DNA of 64,000 nt from Oligoflexales bacterium (GTDB lineage: Bacteria > Bdellovibrionota_B > Oligoflexia > Oligoflexales > CAIYRB01). Below are positions 37,027 through 47,285 of this stretch, in pieces. The stretch lies in assembly GCA_041736175.1 (NCBI GenBank), contig JBGSUI010000188.1, positions 8,717-72,716 of the forward strand, read 5' to 3'. A program made the translations under genes and the position numbers. The number at the start of each line of letters is the position of its first letter. Position 1 is the first letter of the stretch. The notes beneath the pieces are model-generated. The model had not been told where the DNA came from. It did not search any database and saw only the letters and a list, made by a program, of their open reading frames with translations.

Positions 37027-37995
37027 TTATTTTTTAAGAACTCCTATTAGGGCCGTAAACGCTTCTTGGCTAATCTCTTCGCCTAAAAGCTTTGTCTTAA
37101 TAAAACTGAGAGCCTCAAAAGGAGAGCGCCGATTCTGGTAGGAACGATTGGACGTCAATGCGTCAAAAATATCCGCTAAGGTCGCGATCTGAACCTCCAT
37201 CAAAAGACTTTGGCTACCTAATCCATCAGGATATCCTGAGCCATTGCGCTTTTCATGGTGATGCAATACGATTTCTCTCGGTATATGGGAGAGGATAGAC
37301 TCACGAATATTGAGCCACCCTGCTTTTGGATGCATCCGCAGCGTTTGCCATTCAACCTTGTTGAGAGCTCCCGGTTTATTTAAGAGGTCGAGGGAAACCT
37401 CTTTTTTGCCGATATCGTGAAAGACTCCCCCTAGGGCTATTTCTTTAAGGTGGCTAGAATCAGATACGCCTAAACCTATAGCTATGGCGACGGCATAACT
37501 TGCGACTCTTACACTATGGCGGTAGGTATAACTATCGTGATCAACAAGATGCCTAAGCGCCTTAACACTGCTGGGGTCCTCTAAGACACAACTCGCTATC
37601 TCTCCAGCTATTTCCTTAGCTTTCTCTACGGTCGCCAAAGTCAGCTCACCCTCATAAAGACAACGCAGAAATTCGGTTCCCATGTGATCGATCAAATTGA
37701 TTCGTTCCTGGGGAGAAGCGTTTTGCTGAATAGTGGGGAGTTTTGCTAACTGTTCATAGACCTTAACTTTATTTAGTTCATTAGATTTTACCAAAAGGAC
37801 CTTATATCCAGCATTTTGGAGATCCATAATTTCTTGGCGTACCCACCGATATCCAGAAGCTCCATATAGAATGGGTTCATTTCTGATAAAGAGAAACGTA
37901 TCGAAATCAGTGACAGAATTATCGATCATTCTGTCAATCGGGATTTCAACAAAAGAGCCAACACTTTGTAAGGCAGTGGAATGCTGACGCCCCAT
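37027..37995 (-). CDS. HD-GYP domain c-di-GMP phosphodiesterase-type protein
   Basis: HSVRVASYA, FHDIGK and HHHEKRNGSGYPDGL (the HD-GYP signature). The N-terminal ~150 aa domain resembles the DUF3391-type region often fused to HD-GYP. Confidence 0.85.
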   Translation of the reverse strand: MGRQHSTALQSVGSFVEIPIDRMIDNSVTDFDTFLFIRNEPILYGASGYRWVRQEIMDLQNAGYKVLLVKSNELNKVKVYEQLAKLPTIQQNASPQERINLIDHMGTEFLRCLYEGELTLATVEKAKEIAGEIASCVLEDPSSVKALRHLVDHDSYTYRHSVRVASYAVAIAIGLGVSDSSHLKEIALGGVFHDIGKKEVSLDLLNKPGALNKVEWQTLRMHPKAGWLNIRESILSHIPREIVLHHHEKRNGSGYPDGLGSQSLLMEVQIATLADIFDALTSNRSYQNRRSPFEALSFIKTKLLGEEISQEAFTALIGVLKK

Positions 37996-38126
37996 AAATC
38001 CCCCTTTGTTGGAGTCCTATAGTGCTATCGGCTACTTTTGCAAAAATATTTCTCCTCTAATGAACACACCCCCAGATCAGATTGCTGAGCGGGGGTATGA
38101 GACTAACGATTTGGTAATAAAAGTGA

Positions 38127-38609
38127 TTACTTAAGAAACTTCTTCGAGACGTACTCACCTTCACCAATTTTACACCAATTCTTTTGGCATCCCCATGACT
38201 GGATTTTCGTACCTTTTTTCAGGGTACGAACCACAGCATGTTTCGTGCCTGGTCCCTTACGGACATTTAACGCACCAACTTTGACCTCATGGTCAGTTGC
38301 ACCAGCAGGAGCTGGTGCTTCGCTAGCTACAGCGGCAGGCTTATAGTCCTGTGCTGGGGCTGCGGGTTCTTGTCCTGGGCTAACGCTACCAAGGGCACCT
38401 GCAGCTGCAGGATCAACTGCACCTGGCATTGCACCTGGCATTGCACCTGGCATTCCAGCGTCTGCGCCTGGAGCTTCTGGTAGTTTACCGCCTTCTTCTG
38501 CGCTTACTGGCTCTTGAGCTTTTTCATCATCTCCTGAGCATGACCAGCCCATAAAAGACAGTGCCGCTACTAATCCAAGTCTCAACATCATCGTTCCCGA
38601 CCTCCTCAC
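38127..38609 (-). CDS. lipoprotein with low-complexity Pro/Ala/Gly linker and C-terminal bacterial SH3 domain
   Basis: Lipobox-like ..FMGWSC. A GAMPGAMPGAMPG repeat. C-terminal VKVGALNVRKGPGTKHAVVRTLKKGTKIQ...WCKI is SH3b-like. Confidence 0.65.
   Translation of the reverse strand: MRRSGTMMLRLGLVAALSFMGWSCSGDDEKAQEPVSAEEGGKLPEAPGADAGMPGAMPGAMPGAVDPAAAGALGSVSPGQEPAAPAQDYKPAAVASEAPAPAGATDHEVKVGALNVRKGPGTKHAVVRTLKKGTKIQSWGCQKNWCKIGEGEYVSKKFLK
38419..38454. repeat. three perfect tandem copies of GCACCTGGCATT (encodes GAMP x3 on the minus strand)
   Basis: Read directly at 38419-38430, 38431-38442 and 38443-38454. Confidence 0.95.
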
Positions 38610-38896
38610 TCGTCCATCTCTAGAACTGCCAAAAAAAATACTAATCTAATACTATGAAAAATGCTTTCAGAGGTCAATATCTCTTCATCATTTCACTCGC
38701 AATTTGTTAGCCCTTTACCCATTAAAATCTTGTAGGCAATCGATCTGACGTCCTGTTTAGTCGTTGGAAACCTATAAAATGATTCAGTTGAATGGAGAAT
38801 TTAGACATTCTGCAAATGCCCATCGCTTTGGATCAACAGTTCCTATTTTTATTATTTAAGTATTAGTAGACAAACCTCATAGCGGTACGTCCCACT

Positions 38897-39991
38897 TTAC
38901 TTTTGGGACCTTTGGGCCAGCCACCCATCCACCCCTATAAGGGTCGCAACTGAGATATTAGGCAGCCAGGCAGCAATAAATGGATGGAGATCTCCCCTTA
39001 AACCCATTGCTCGTCCGGCGCTTAAAATAACCCAATAACTGATACCCACAAAGAAAGCCATAAGGACCCCTTTCGCAGTATCAGCAGTCCTTTCTGATTT
39101 GTAACCAAACTTTAAGCCAATAAGACTTACAACCAACGCTGCAAAAGGGTAAGCAAACTTTCCTTGATAATCCATTTTAAAGGGGACCACATTGGCACCA
39201 GACCTTTCACCCCTAAAGATTGTCTCTTTAAGCTCCCCTAAGGACAATTCATTTGATTTCCGAGTATCTTCATTTAGCTTTAGAGGCTCCACGGGGAGAT
39301 CTAGGGCGTACACTTTGAGAAACTCACTTTTCCCCAGGCTCCTATCGTTTTGAATACGATTAACCAACGCTTCACTCATCTGCCAGCTTTTAAGTCCTTC
39401 ATCGAAATAGGCCCGGTCTGACTCTAAAACCATTCGTGGATTGAATTGTAAATCCATAATAAGAACCTGGACTTTAAGGATTTCACTATTTACACCATCA
39501 AATTCTTTCCAATGAATAAATCGATTGCCATCCCTTACCCATTTGCCACTGCCCATTTGTTCGCCTTGGCCCTTTTTTTCGATCTTAATACTCTGAATAT
39601 AATTCACCTTTTTTGCGTAACGAGGTACTAAAAACTCATTAAGCGACATTGATATAAGGCTCACTAAGAGACCGCCAGCAATCAATGGCTTTGCTAGCTG
39701 GATTGGCCCTAGCCCAACTGCTCGCATTGCTGTTATCTCGTTGGTTCGATTTAACAACACCATACTAATGACGCCCCCCAAAAGACTACCAATGGGTAAG
39801 GCTTGAACCACTTGGTTAGGGATTTGAAATACGTAAAAGAGAAAAATATCACCTGGACTAGGGTTATATTCAGCAAAGTATTTTGTGGTTTTATGGATGA
39901 AGTCAAACAATATAAACAAAAATATTGTCAATACAACCGTTCCAACAACGTATTTAAAATACTCTTTTAAACAATATTGAAATATTTTCAC
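38897..39991 (-). CDS. LptF/LptG-family (YjgP/YjgQ) LPS export permease
   Basis: MKIFQYCLKEYFKYVVGTVVLTIFLFILFDFI, a typical family N-terminus. Six-TM layout with a large periplasmic loop, 364 aa. Confidence 0.8.
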   Translation of the reverse strand: MKIFQYCLKEYFKYVVGTVVLTIFLFILFDFIHKTTKYFAEYNPSPGDIFLFYVFQIPNQVVQALPIGSLLGGVISMVLLNRTNEITAMRAVGLGPIQLAKPLIAGGLLVSLISMSLNEFLVPRYAKKVNYIQSIKIEKKGQGEQMGSGKWVRDGNRFIHWKEFDGVNSEILKVQVLIMDLQFNPRMVLESDRAYFDEGLKSWQMSEALVNRIQNDRSLGKSEFLKVYALDLPVEPLKLNEDTRKSNELSLGELKETIFRGERSGANVVPFKMDYQGKFAYPFAALVVSLIGLKFGYKSERTADTAKGVLMAFFVGISYWVILSAGRAMGLRGDLHPFIAAWLPNISVATLIGVDGWLAQRSQK

Positions 39992-40001
39992 TAATTAAGA
40001 C

Positions 40002-40436
40002 CTACCCTTTTGAGGATCCTTTTATATGAATTGCATGGGCTCTCAAAAAAGGCATCCCCTTCTTTCCTGATTCAACCATGCCGACAACCCCTATATGGGA
40101 ACCTATTGCCATTTTTTTATCATTGGACCCAATGACACTCGTTGTCGCCACAATCAGTCTATCTTCATGATCCCCTAAAACTAAATAGGTCTGATGGCTC
40201 CCGATTTCAAGCACTCGGCCAGAGATCATAACAAACTTTTTTTCAACATGATCCATTCCAAGATGAACTTCTTTGAAACTAACTAATTCCGGCTTTATAA
40301 ACAAAGTATGCCCGAACACACTGTAAAGGGTTTCGTCCAGTGACAACCCAATATTTTCTCCTCCCTTACACGAAAAAATGCCTAGTAGGACTGCTAATTG
40401 GGTAAATTTCCACATTTTCCCTCCATTGGACATCAA
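40002..40436 (-). CDS. hypothetical lipoprotein (144 aa)
   Basis: Signal plus lipobox LLGIFSC. Ends 10 nt upstream of the Lpt permease gene, so probably co-transcribed. Confidence 0.5.
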   Translation of the reverse strand: MMSNGGKMWKFTQLAVLLGIFSCKGGENIGLSLDETLYSVFGHTLFIKPELVSFKEVHLGMDHVEKKFVMISGRVLEIGSHQTYLVLGDHEDRLIVATTSVIGSNDKKMAIGSHIGVVGMVESGKKGMPFLRAHAIHIKGSSKG

Positions 40437-40571
40437 CTGTGATTTACCTGCTGAGACTTACCCACATTGTAGCATAAGCGCCCTTAGCCCATGAGCTACT
40501 CAGGCAACTGTATCGATAAGCAGGGACTTTTTGCCATTAGCCCAAACTACTCATATGTCTTGGACCGAAAT

Positions 40572-40601
40572 AAAAAAGCCGACCTAAAGCCGGCTTTTTT
40601 T
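40572..40601 (-). terminator. rho-independent (bidirectional-looking) terminator after rplQ
   Basis: AAAAAAGCCG acctaaag CCGGCTTTTTTT: a GC-containing stem flanked by A6 and T7 runs, 18 nt downstream of the rplQ stop. Confidence 0.8.
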
Positions 40602-40618
40602 ATCTCTTTATAAATCTA

Positions 40619-41002
40619 TCATTTCACCTGAACATTAACTTTTCCATTGAAATCAACCAACTCGATCAGAGCCATTTCTGCTCCGTCACCAAATCTTGGG
40701 CCTTTTCTAAGGATTCTCGTATACCCACCTGGCCGATCTTTAAAACGCACAGCAATATCGGAGAAAACCTTCCTTACGATCTCATCACTATAAATAAAAG
40801 ACGCTGCGTTACGTCTATGGTGCAGACTGCCTTTTTTTCCAAGAGTGATTAGCTTTTCGACGACAGCCCTTAGCTCTTTGGCTTTTGGTAAAGTCGTCTC
40901 AATCCTCTCATGCTCTAAAAGTGAGGTTGCCATATTTCGCAACATTGCTTTTCTATGGGAAGTCACTCTGCCTAATTTGCGGTAGCTCTTTAAATGTCTC
41001 AC
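40619..41002 (-). CDS. rplQ: 50S ribosomal protein L17
   Basis: [45 protein letters not shown]. Last gene of the alpha operon. Confidence 0.96.
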   Translation of the reverse strand: MRHLKSYRKLGRVTSHRKAMLRNMATSLLEHERIETTLPKAKELRAVVEKLITLGKKGSLHHRRNAASFIYSDEIVRKVFSDIAVRFKDRPGGYTRILRKGPRFGDGAEMALIELVDFNGKVNVQVK

Positions 41003-41019
41003 GATAACCTCAAACGCCC

Positions 41020-42033
41020 TTATTGTTTATTTTCATCTTCTTGTTTTCTGAGTGTCGATGGATCAAACCCATCGATCTTCATCCCCAAAGACAATCCCAT
41101 CTCACTAAGGATATCTTTAATCTCATTGAGGGACTTTCTACCAAAATTCTTCGTCTTCAGCATTTCCTGTTCGCTCTTAGTAACCAATTCACCGATATAT
41201 TTTATATTTGCGTTCTCTAGGCAGTTGGCTGCTCGGACACTTAGCTCCAACGAATCGACTGTTTTGAACAGATTTTCATTGAGAGCAGCACCTTTACCTA
41301 GGCGCTCTTCACCACTTTTTGAGCCGGACTCCTCGGTTTCATCGAAATTGACAAAGATCGTCAACTGCTCCTTGAGTATTTTAGCTGCATAGGCAAGGGC
41401 ATCGTCGGGACGCACAGCTCCATTGGTCCATATCTCAATAGTCAGTTTGTCGTAATCGGTCATCTGACCGACCCTAGCATTGGATACTTGATACGATACA
41501 CGCCGTACAGGCGCAAAAATGGAGTCAATGGCTATCGTGCCTACCGGCAAATCTTCAGAGCGATTAAACTCCGCCGAAACATAACCCCTCCCATGCCGCA
41601 CGATCATCTCCATAGAGAGCTTTGCACCAGAATCGAGCACGGCCACGGTCTGTTCCGGATTTAGGATTTCGACCTCGCCACTACTCTCGATGTCCCCAGC
41701 CTTTACAATCTTGGGTCCGGTTGCCTCTAAGCGCATAATAGCATCACTGTCGCCCAGATACCGCAGATTGACTTGCTTTAAATTAAGAATAATATCGGTA
41801 ACATCTTCCTTAACTCCTGGTACCGTGGAAAACTCGTGCTCCACTCCCGCTATCCTGACCCCGACAATGGCGGCTCCATTGATACTGGACAACAGGACTC
41901 TCCTAAGGGAGTTACCCAATGTTATCCCGTAACCCCTCTCCAACGGCTTTGCAACAAACTTGCCGTAGTTTTCGGTTCTTATATCCGACTCTAGTGTCTT
42001 CGGCCGAATCAAATCTTGCCAGTTACGATGCAT
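41020..42033 (-). CDS. rpoA: DNA-directed RNA polymerase subunit alpha
   Basis: 337 aa with NTD ..[17 protein letters not shown].. and CTD ..[23 protein letters not shown].. Lies between rpsD and rplQ. Confidence 0.96.
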   Translation of the reverse strand: MHRNWQDLIRPKTLESDIRTENYGKFVAKPLERGYGITLGNSLRRVLLSSINGAAIVGVRIAGVEHEFSTVPGVKEDVTDIILNLKQVNLRYLGDSDAIMRLEATGPKIVKAGDIESSGEVEILNPEQTVAVLDSGAKLSMEMIVRHGRGYVSAEFNRSEDLPVGTIAIDSIFAPVRRVSYQVSNARVGQMTDYDKLTIEIWTNGAVRPDDALAYAAKILKEQLTIFVNFDETEESGSKSGEERLGKGAALNENLFKTVDSLELSVRAANCLENANIKYIGELVTKSEQEMLKTKNFGRKSLNEIKDILSEMGLSLGMKIDGFDPSTLRKQEDENKQ

Positions 42034-42082
42034 ACCGTGCCCATCCCAATTTTTAATCTTTACTCGAGATGATAAATTCTTA

Positions 42083-42709
42083 TCACTTAGAATACAACTC
42101 TACGATCAGTCTTTCTTTAACCGGCAGATGAATATCTTCTCTTGTTGGATTCGAGACTACCTTGCCTATCGACTTGCTATGATCGACCGAAAACCAGTTT
42201 AAGTTCGCTCTCTTACTATACAACTCAGCAGCCAATTGGAATAAGCCTTTCGACTTACTTTTCTCCACTACTCTGACTTCGTCACCAATACTAACCTGTG
42301 CACTTGGAATATTACAACGCCTGCCATTAACCAGGATATGGTTATGACGCACCACTTGCCTTGCTTCACTGCGGCTTCGAGCAAATCCCATCCTATAGAC
42401 GACGTTGTCCAACCGAGTCTCTAGGTTTCGGAAAAAGATCTCGCTGGTGACTCCACGTTCCGCAACCGAACGATCAAAAGTCAGCCTAAACTGCTTCTCT
42501 AACATACCATAGACCCGCTTCACCTTTTGTTTTTCACGAAGCTGGCTACCGAACTCAGATAGTTTCCCACGCTTTTGGCCATGCTGCCCAGGCCCATAGG
42601 CTCTCCGCTCGATCGCACACTTATCTGTTTGGCACCGCATGCCCTTCAGAAAAAGCTTCACACCCTCCCGGCGGCAATGCCGGCATACAGGACCAATATA
42701 CCTAGCCAA
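42083..42709 (-). CDS. rpsD: 30S ribosomal protein S4
   Basis: [24 protein letters not shown]..., 208 aa, in the expected operon position. Confidence 0.96.
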   Translation of the reverse strand: MARYIGPVCRHCRREGVKLFLKGMRCQTDKCAIERRAYGPGQHGQKRGKLSEFGSQLREKQKVKRVYGMLEKQFRLTFDRSVAERGVTSEIFFRNLETRLDNVVYRMGFARSRSEARQVVRHNHILVNGRRCNIPSAQVSIGDEVRVVEKSKSKGLFQLAAELYSKRANLNWFSVDHSKSIGKVVSNPTREDIHLPVKERLIVELYSK

Positions 42710-42759
42710 TTTGACTCCTCCCGTTTGTATTCGTTTTCCCGCTCTATCTCGGGATTAAT

Positions 42760-43143
42760 TTAGACCCTACGACGCTTAGGTGGACGACACCCATTATGTG
42801 GTATTGGTGTGACGTCTTTTAACATGCTCACCTTCATGCCGGCAGCCGCAATTGCTCTCACCGCACTTTCACGCCCTGCACCTGGACCATTAACGAGGAC
42901 CGTACAGGTTCTCATTCCGGCATCCATCGCTTTTCGAGCAGCTTCTTCTGCTGCTACCTGCGCAGCAAAAGGAGTGCTCTTTCGGCTTCCTTTAAATCCC
43001 TTAGCTCCTGATGTAGACCAGGACACAACATCTCCATTAACATCTGTAAACGTTATAATCGTGTTGTTGAAGGTAGCCTTCACATGGGCCACTCCGGTCG
43101 GGATGTTCTTTTTGGATTTTTTCTTCTTAACCACCGCTTTCAT
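42760..43143 (-). CDS. rpsK: 30S ribosomal protein S11
   Basis: ..[44 protein letters not shown].. Confidence 0.96.
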   Translation of the reverse strand: MKAVVKKKKSKKNIPTGVAHVKATFNNTIITFTDVNGDVVSWSTSGAKGFKGSRKSTPFAAQVAAEEAARKAMDAGMRTCTVLVNGPGAGRESAVRAIAAAGMKVSMLKDVTPIPHNGCRPPKRRRV

Positions 43144-43157
43144 GGCTTCTCCTAATC

Positions 43158-43538
43158 TTATTTACCAGCTGGCGCCTTTTTCTTACCGGCGACTGTTTTC
43201 CGAGGCCCTTTACGAGTCCGGGAGTTTGTCTTCGAACGCTGCCCCCTTACTGGCAAGCCTTTTCGATGCCTTATCCCCCGATAGCAGCCCAAATCAACCA
43301 ATCGTTTGATATTGAGGGCTATCTCTCTACGTAAGTCCCCTTCTACAGTGAACTGATCCAGGGCCTTCCTGATTTCATTGACTTGATTTGGATCCAGTTC
43401 TGCTGCCTTCATCAATGGATCCAACCGAGCGTTCTCTACAATCCTCCTCGCAACATGCGGGCCTACGCCATATATCGCCTGAAGAGCAATGTCAATTCTT
43501 TTATTGTTGGGTAAATCTACACCCGCTATTCGAGCCAT
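43158..43538 (-). CDS. rpsM: 30S ribosomal protein S13
   Basis: [26 protein letters not shown]... Confidence 0.96.
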   Translation of the reverse strand: MARIAGVDLPNNKRIDIALQAIYGVGPHVARRIVENARLDPLMKAAELDPNQVNEIRKALDQFTVEGDLRREIALNIKRLVDLGCYRGIRHRKGLPVRGQRSKTNSRTRKGPRKTVAGKKKAPAGK

Positions 43539-43562
43539 CCCATTTTCCTTCTTGCTTTGGAA

Positions 43563-43676
43563 TTATCCCTGTCTTTGTTTGTGCTTTTTATTCTCGCAGA
43601 TAACCCTTACAACCCCTGCTCTTTTAACGACTTTACATTTTTCGCAAATCGCTTTGACACTTGCTCTTACCTTCAT
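43563..43676 (-). CDS. rpmJ: 50S ribosomal protein L36
   Basis: Found by hand because it is below the ORF-track size cutoff. The minus-strand translation is [37 protein letters not shown], in the canonical position between infA and rpsM. Confidence 0.93.
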   Translation of the reverse strand: MKVRASVKAICEKCKVVKRAGVVRVICENKKHKQRQG

Positions 43677-43689
43677 AACCCCTCTCACC

Positions 43690-43908
43690 CTACTTGGTAC
43701 GATATACGATTCTTCCCCTGGATAAATCATATGGCGATATTTCTAACTTAACCTTATCCCCTGGTAGTATTCTAATAAAATGCATCCGCATTTTACCGCT
43801 GATATGAGCCAACACTTCATGTCCGTTATCTAACACAACTTTGAACATTGCGTTGGGCAATGGCTCCCTGACAGTTCCCTCTACTTCAATAACATCTTCT
43901 TTTGCCAT
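43690..43908 (-). CDS. infA: translation initiation factor IF-1
   Basis: [53 protein letters not shown], 72 aa. Confidence 0.96.
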   Translation of the reverse strand: MAKEDVIEVEGTVREPLPNAMFKVVLDNGHEVLAHISGKMRMHFIRILPGDKVKLEISPYDLSRGRIVYRTK

Positions 43909-43970
43909 GAGCCCCTACACTCTAATTCTTAAATCCACACCGTTTTTCAGCCTGCGCAACCCTACACTAT

Positions 43971-44624
43971 TTATCTATTGACTTCAAGTTGCAGATCATT
44001 CAACGTCCGCAAAAGCCGTTTATACACCTCTTCAGGCTCACCAGATCCCTTAATCCCATAGTGCAGACGTCTATCTTTATAGAAATCAACCACCGGAGAC
44101 GTCTTTTCCTGAAAAACTTTGAGCCTAACCTGAATACTTTCTGCCTTGTCATCGTCTCTTTGGAATAACGACCCTCCACACCTGTCGCAACAGCCATCCT
44201 TTTGCGGCGGCGCTTCTACGAGATGGTAACTGGCGCCACATTGGGCGCACACCCGTCTCGCTGAGAGCCTTTTAACCAACTCACTTTCCTGCACCTCAAG
44301 GTTGAGGAAGGCCCCCACCGGATGTCTCAAACTCTCTAAACTTTTCGCTTGATGCACGGTCCTCGGAAAACCATCCAATATGATCGTTTCACCGAGTCCG
44401 ATCGATTTGGTCGACTCTTCGATGAGCCCCACCAAAATCTCGTCTGGTACCAACTCCCCACGATCCATATAGGATTTAGCTTCCAAACCGATCGGGGACT
44501 CCTGCTTCACATGCTGCCTCAAGACATCGCCTGTTGAAAGTTTGATGTAACCTAGGCGTTCCTGCAAATAACTGCCTTGAGTGCCTTTTCCTGCTCCTGG
44601 TGCTCCGCTTAGTATGATGATCAT
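43971..44624 (-). CDS. adk: adenylate kinase (Zn-lid type)
   Basis: P-loop GAPGAGKGTQ. Lid with CAQCG...CDRCG (four Cys). Confidence 0.95.
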   Translation of the reverse strand: MIIILSGAPGAGKGTQGSYLQERLGYIKLSTGDVLRQHVKQESPIGLEAKSYMDRGELVPDEILVGLIEESTKSIGLGETIILDGFPRTVHQAKSLESLRHPVGAFLNLEVQESELVKRLSARRVCAQCGASYHLVEAPPQKDGCCDRCGGSLFQRDDDKAESIQVRLKVFQEKTSPVVDFYKDRRLHYGIKGSGEPEEVYKRLLRTLNDLQLEVNR

Positions 44625-45952
44625 ACCCTACTGCCTCCGCGGGGCCTTATCGTGCCTTTTTTCAAGAAACTATCGTATCTCAAAGATTGACGGTGCGCAT
44701 CGATCTGCCGGTAGGTCTCCAGGGCAACACCAACCACAATAAGTAGACTCGTTCCACCAAAATAAAACTGAATATTAAACCGAGCCGTCAACACAGATGG
44801 GATGATACAGAGGGCCGCTAAATAAATAGCCCCGGACAACGTCAACCGGCTGACTATATTGTCTAAGAATTCTGCAGTCCTCGCCCCTGGCCTAATACCT
44901 GGGATAAAGCCGCCGTTCTTCTTAAGATTCTCTGCAATATCATCTGCCTTGAAGGTTATTGAAGTATAGAAGAAGGCAAAAAATACAATCATGACTACAT
45001 AAACAAAGTTATAAAACCAACCACCAGGACTGAAAAAGATTCCCAACCAAGTGCCAACAGGAGTGTTGGGCCAAAACCCCTGCATTGTTACAGGAAACTG
45101 CAGTAGGGAACTTGCAAAAATAGGGGGAATCACGCCGGCGGCATTGACTCTTACGGGTAGGTTGGAGGATTGTCCTCCATAAACCTTGCGTCCAACTTGT
45201 CTTTTAGCATATTGAATCGGAACTTGCCTTGCCCCTTGCTCGATATAAACGACTCCTGCTGTCACCGCTAAACACACTGCGATCACCAACAAAATTCGCC
45301 CCATGTCCATCTCACCACCATGGTATTGGGTATAAGTACTGGTCACTACCCTTGGAATGGTCGCTACTATTCCCGCAAAAATCACCAGAGACATCCCATT
45401 ACCAACACCACGCTCAGTGATCTGCTCACCTAGCCACATAATAAAGGCTGTTCCAGCAGTCAGTGAAATCACAGTGAGGGCTTTCCAACCAAAACCCGGA
45501 TCAAGGACAAGTTGTCGGCCACCAAAACTCGTTCCAGCCAAGGAATTAGCGATCATCATACCTTGGACTACCGCTAAAACCACCGCTCCGTAGCGAGTAT
45601 ACTGGGTTATCTTTTTTCGACCGGCTTCCCCTTCTTTCGAAAGCTGTTCCAGTGGGCCTACAACGACCGTCAAGAGTTGTGCAATGATCGATGCGGAGAT
45701 ATAGGGCATCACACCAAGAGCACAAACACTGAAGTTCTCAAGGGCGCCCCCTGAAAACATGTTGAACATACCGAATAAATTTCCACCCTGGCCCCTAAAG
45801 AAGTCCGCTATGGCAGCGGTATCTACCCCTGGAATAGGGATATGGACTCCAATTCTGTACAGGGCCAAAAAGCCTAGAGTGAACAGGATCTTCTTTTGGA
45901 GATGATTCAACGTACCTTCTGGTAGCTTGGATATTCTCTGACCCACGTTCAC
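44621..45952 (-). CDS. secY: preprotein translocase subunit SecY
   Basis: 443 aa, 10-TM layout, ..ALGVMPYISASII.. Overlaps adk by 4 nt. Confidence 0.96.
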   Translation of the reverse strand: MNVGQRISKLPEGTLNHLQKKILFTLGFLALYRIGVHIPIPGVDTAAIADFFRGQGGNLFGMFNMFSGGALENFSVCALGVMPYISASIIAQLLTVVVGPLEQLSKEGEAGRKKITQYTRYGAVVLAVVQGMMIANSLAGTSFGGRQLVLDPGFGWKALTVISLTAGTAFIMWLGEQITERGVGNGMSLVIFAGIVATIPRVVTSTYTQYHGGEMDMGRILLVIAVCLAVTAGVVYIEQGARQVPIQYAKRQVGRKVYGGQSSNLPVRVNAAGVIPPIFASSLLQFPVTMQGFWPNTPVGTWLGIFFSPGGWFYNFVYVVMIVFFAFFYTSITFKADDIAENLKKNGGFIPGIRPGARTAEFLDNIVSRLTLSGAIYLAALCIIPSVLTARFNIQFYFGGTSLLIVVGVALETYRQIDAHRQSLRYDSFLKKGTIRPRGGSRV

Positions 45953-45980
45953 CCTTTCCTTGCGTCTGCCTTGATCTGGC

Positions 45981-46463
45981 TTAGTTTCCTACCATATTAA
46001 GCTTTCCGCCAGCTTTTTCAACAGCTTGTTGAGCTGATTGGCTCACTCGATCAACAGACACCTCAAGGGCTTTTTTAAGCTCCCCTCGGCCTAGTAGCTT
46101 AATAGGCCGTCCTTCGTAACGTATCAGGCCTTTTTTATTTAAAGTCTCAAATGAAACCACCTCACCGGCATTGTAAAGGCTCTCGATCTGATCTAAATTT
46201 ACGAGATTGTATTCAACTCGAAATTTATTGGTGAAACCCCGTTTAGGTAGGCGCATATAGAGTTTCATCTGCCCACCCTCAAACCCGGCACGGACATTCC
46301 CGCTTTTCCGAGCTCTTTGCCCTTTGTGTCCACGGCCTGCGGTCTTACCGAGCCCTGAACCGATACCACGTCCGAGCCTTTTTCGAGTCCGGTGTGATCC
46401 ACTTGCAGGAGAGAGATTCCCCAAATTTTTGATTGTAGTCTTCACTTCATTTCCAGCTGTCAT
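45981..46463 (-). CDS. rplO: 50S ribosomal protein L15
   Basis: ..RLGRGIGSGLGKTAGRGHKGQ.. motif, in operon position. Confidence 0.95.
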   Translation of the reverse strand: MTAGNEVKTTIKNLGNLSPASGSHRTRKRLGRGIGSGLGKTAGRGHKGQRARKSGNVRAGFEGGQMKLYMRLPKRGFTNKFRVEYNLVNLDQIESLYNAGEVVSFETLNKKGLIRYEGRPIKLLGRGELKKALEVSVDRVSQSAQQAVEKAGGKLNMVGN

Positions 46464-46467
46464 GTGT

Positions 46468-46650
46468 CTAGCCCCCGACCTTAAAGGACACTAGGTGTCG
46501 AACTTTATTGACCATACCACGGATACAGTTGTTATCTTTCTGTATCACAGTCTGCCCAATCCTCTTGAGCCCAAGTCCCGCCATCACTTTACGGACCTTT
46601 TCCGGTTCGCTGATAAGGCTCTTTGTTTGGGTAATTTCAATTTTTGACAT
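46468..46650 (-). CDS. rpmD: 50S ribosomal protein L30
   Basis: MSKIEITQTKSLISEPEKVRKVMAGLGLKRIGQTV, 60 aa. Confidence 0.94.
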   Translation of the reverse strand: MSKIEITQTKSLISEPEKVRKVMAGLGLKRIGQTVIQKDNNCIRGMVNKVRHLVSFKVGG

Positions 46651-46664
46651 TTCGTGGAACTCCC

Positions 46665-47270
46665 TTATCCTTTAGCCCTAGCAGCCACTTTTGCTTTTCG
46701 TTTTTCAGAAGTCGTCTGTCTCTTCTGTTGCGCTGTCTCAACTGGGGCGCCTCTTTTAGCTGAGTACTCTTCGATCTTCTCAAGCTGCATAAGCCCATCA
46801 ATGGTTGCCCGGACGACACTGCCAGAATTCTTAGTGCCATGAACTTTACACACGATATCCCTGATGCCAGCAAGCTCCGTGATCACACGGACCGCTCCAC
46901 CGGCAATGATCCCTTTACCTTTTTTTGCAGGGTTCATAAGGACACTACAAGACCCATACCTGCCGATGACATCATAGGGTATTGTTCCCTCAACCATCGG
47001 AATCTTGTAGAGATTCTTCTTAGCCTGCTCCGATGCCTTTCTAATAGCATCTGGAACCTCTCCGGCTTTACCCAGACCGAATCCAACTCGTTCCTTCCCG
47101 TCCCCAACAACAACCAGGGCACTGAAGCTAAACCGTCGTCCGCCTTTTACAACTTTTGCAACTCGAGCAATATGGACCACCCGGTCTTGAAAACCGTCGC
47201 TACTTTCTCGGTCACCCCGATTCTGGTCGTTATTTCGAGGTCCCTTGTCTCTATTTTCTTCACGTGCCAT
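46665..47270 (-). CDS. rpsE: 30S ribosomal protein S5 (201 aa, with N- and C-terminal extensions)
   Basis: Core ..[28 protein letters not shown].. flanked by a charged N-terminal extension of ~30 aa and a Lys-rich C-terminal tail. Confidence 0.95.
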   Translation of the reverse strand: MAREENRDKGPRNNDQNRGDRESSDGFQDRVVHIARVAKVVKGGRRFSFSALVVVGDGKERVGFGLGKAGEVPDAIRKASEQAKKNLYKIPMVEGTIPYDVIGRYGSCSVLMNPAKKGKGIIAGGAVRVITELAGIRDIVCKVHGTKNSGSVVRATIDGLMQLEKIEEYSAKRGAPVETAQQKRQTTSEKRKAKVAARAKG

Positions 47271-47285
47271 GTGTTTTGTCCCTTT

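Noticed and set aside
43909-43970. Absence of map (methionine aminopeptidase) between adk and infA
   Set aside because: As I recall, map is absent from this position in many bacteria, so it is not noteworthy by itself.
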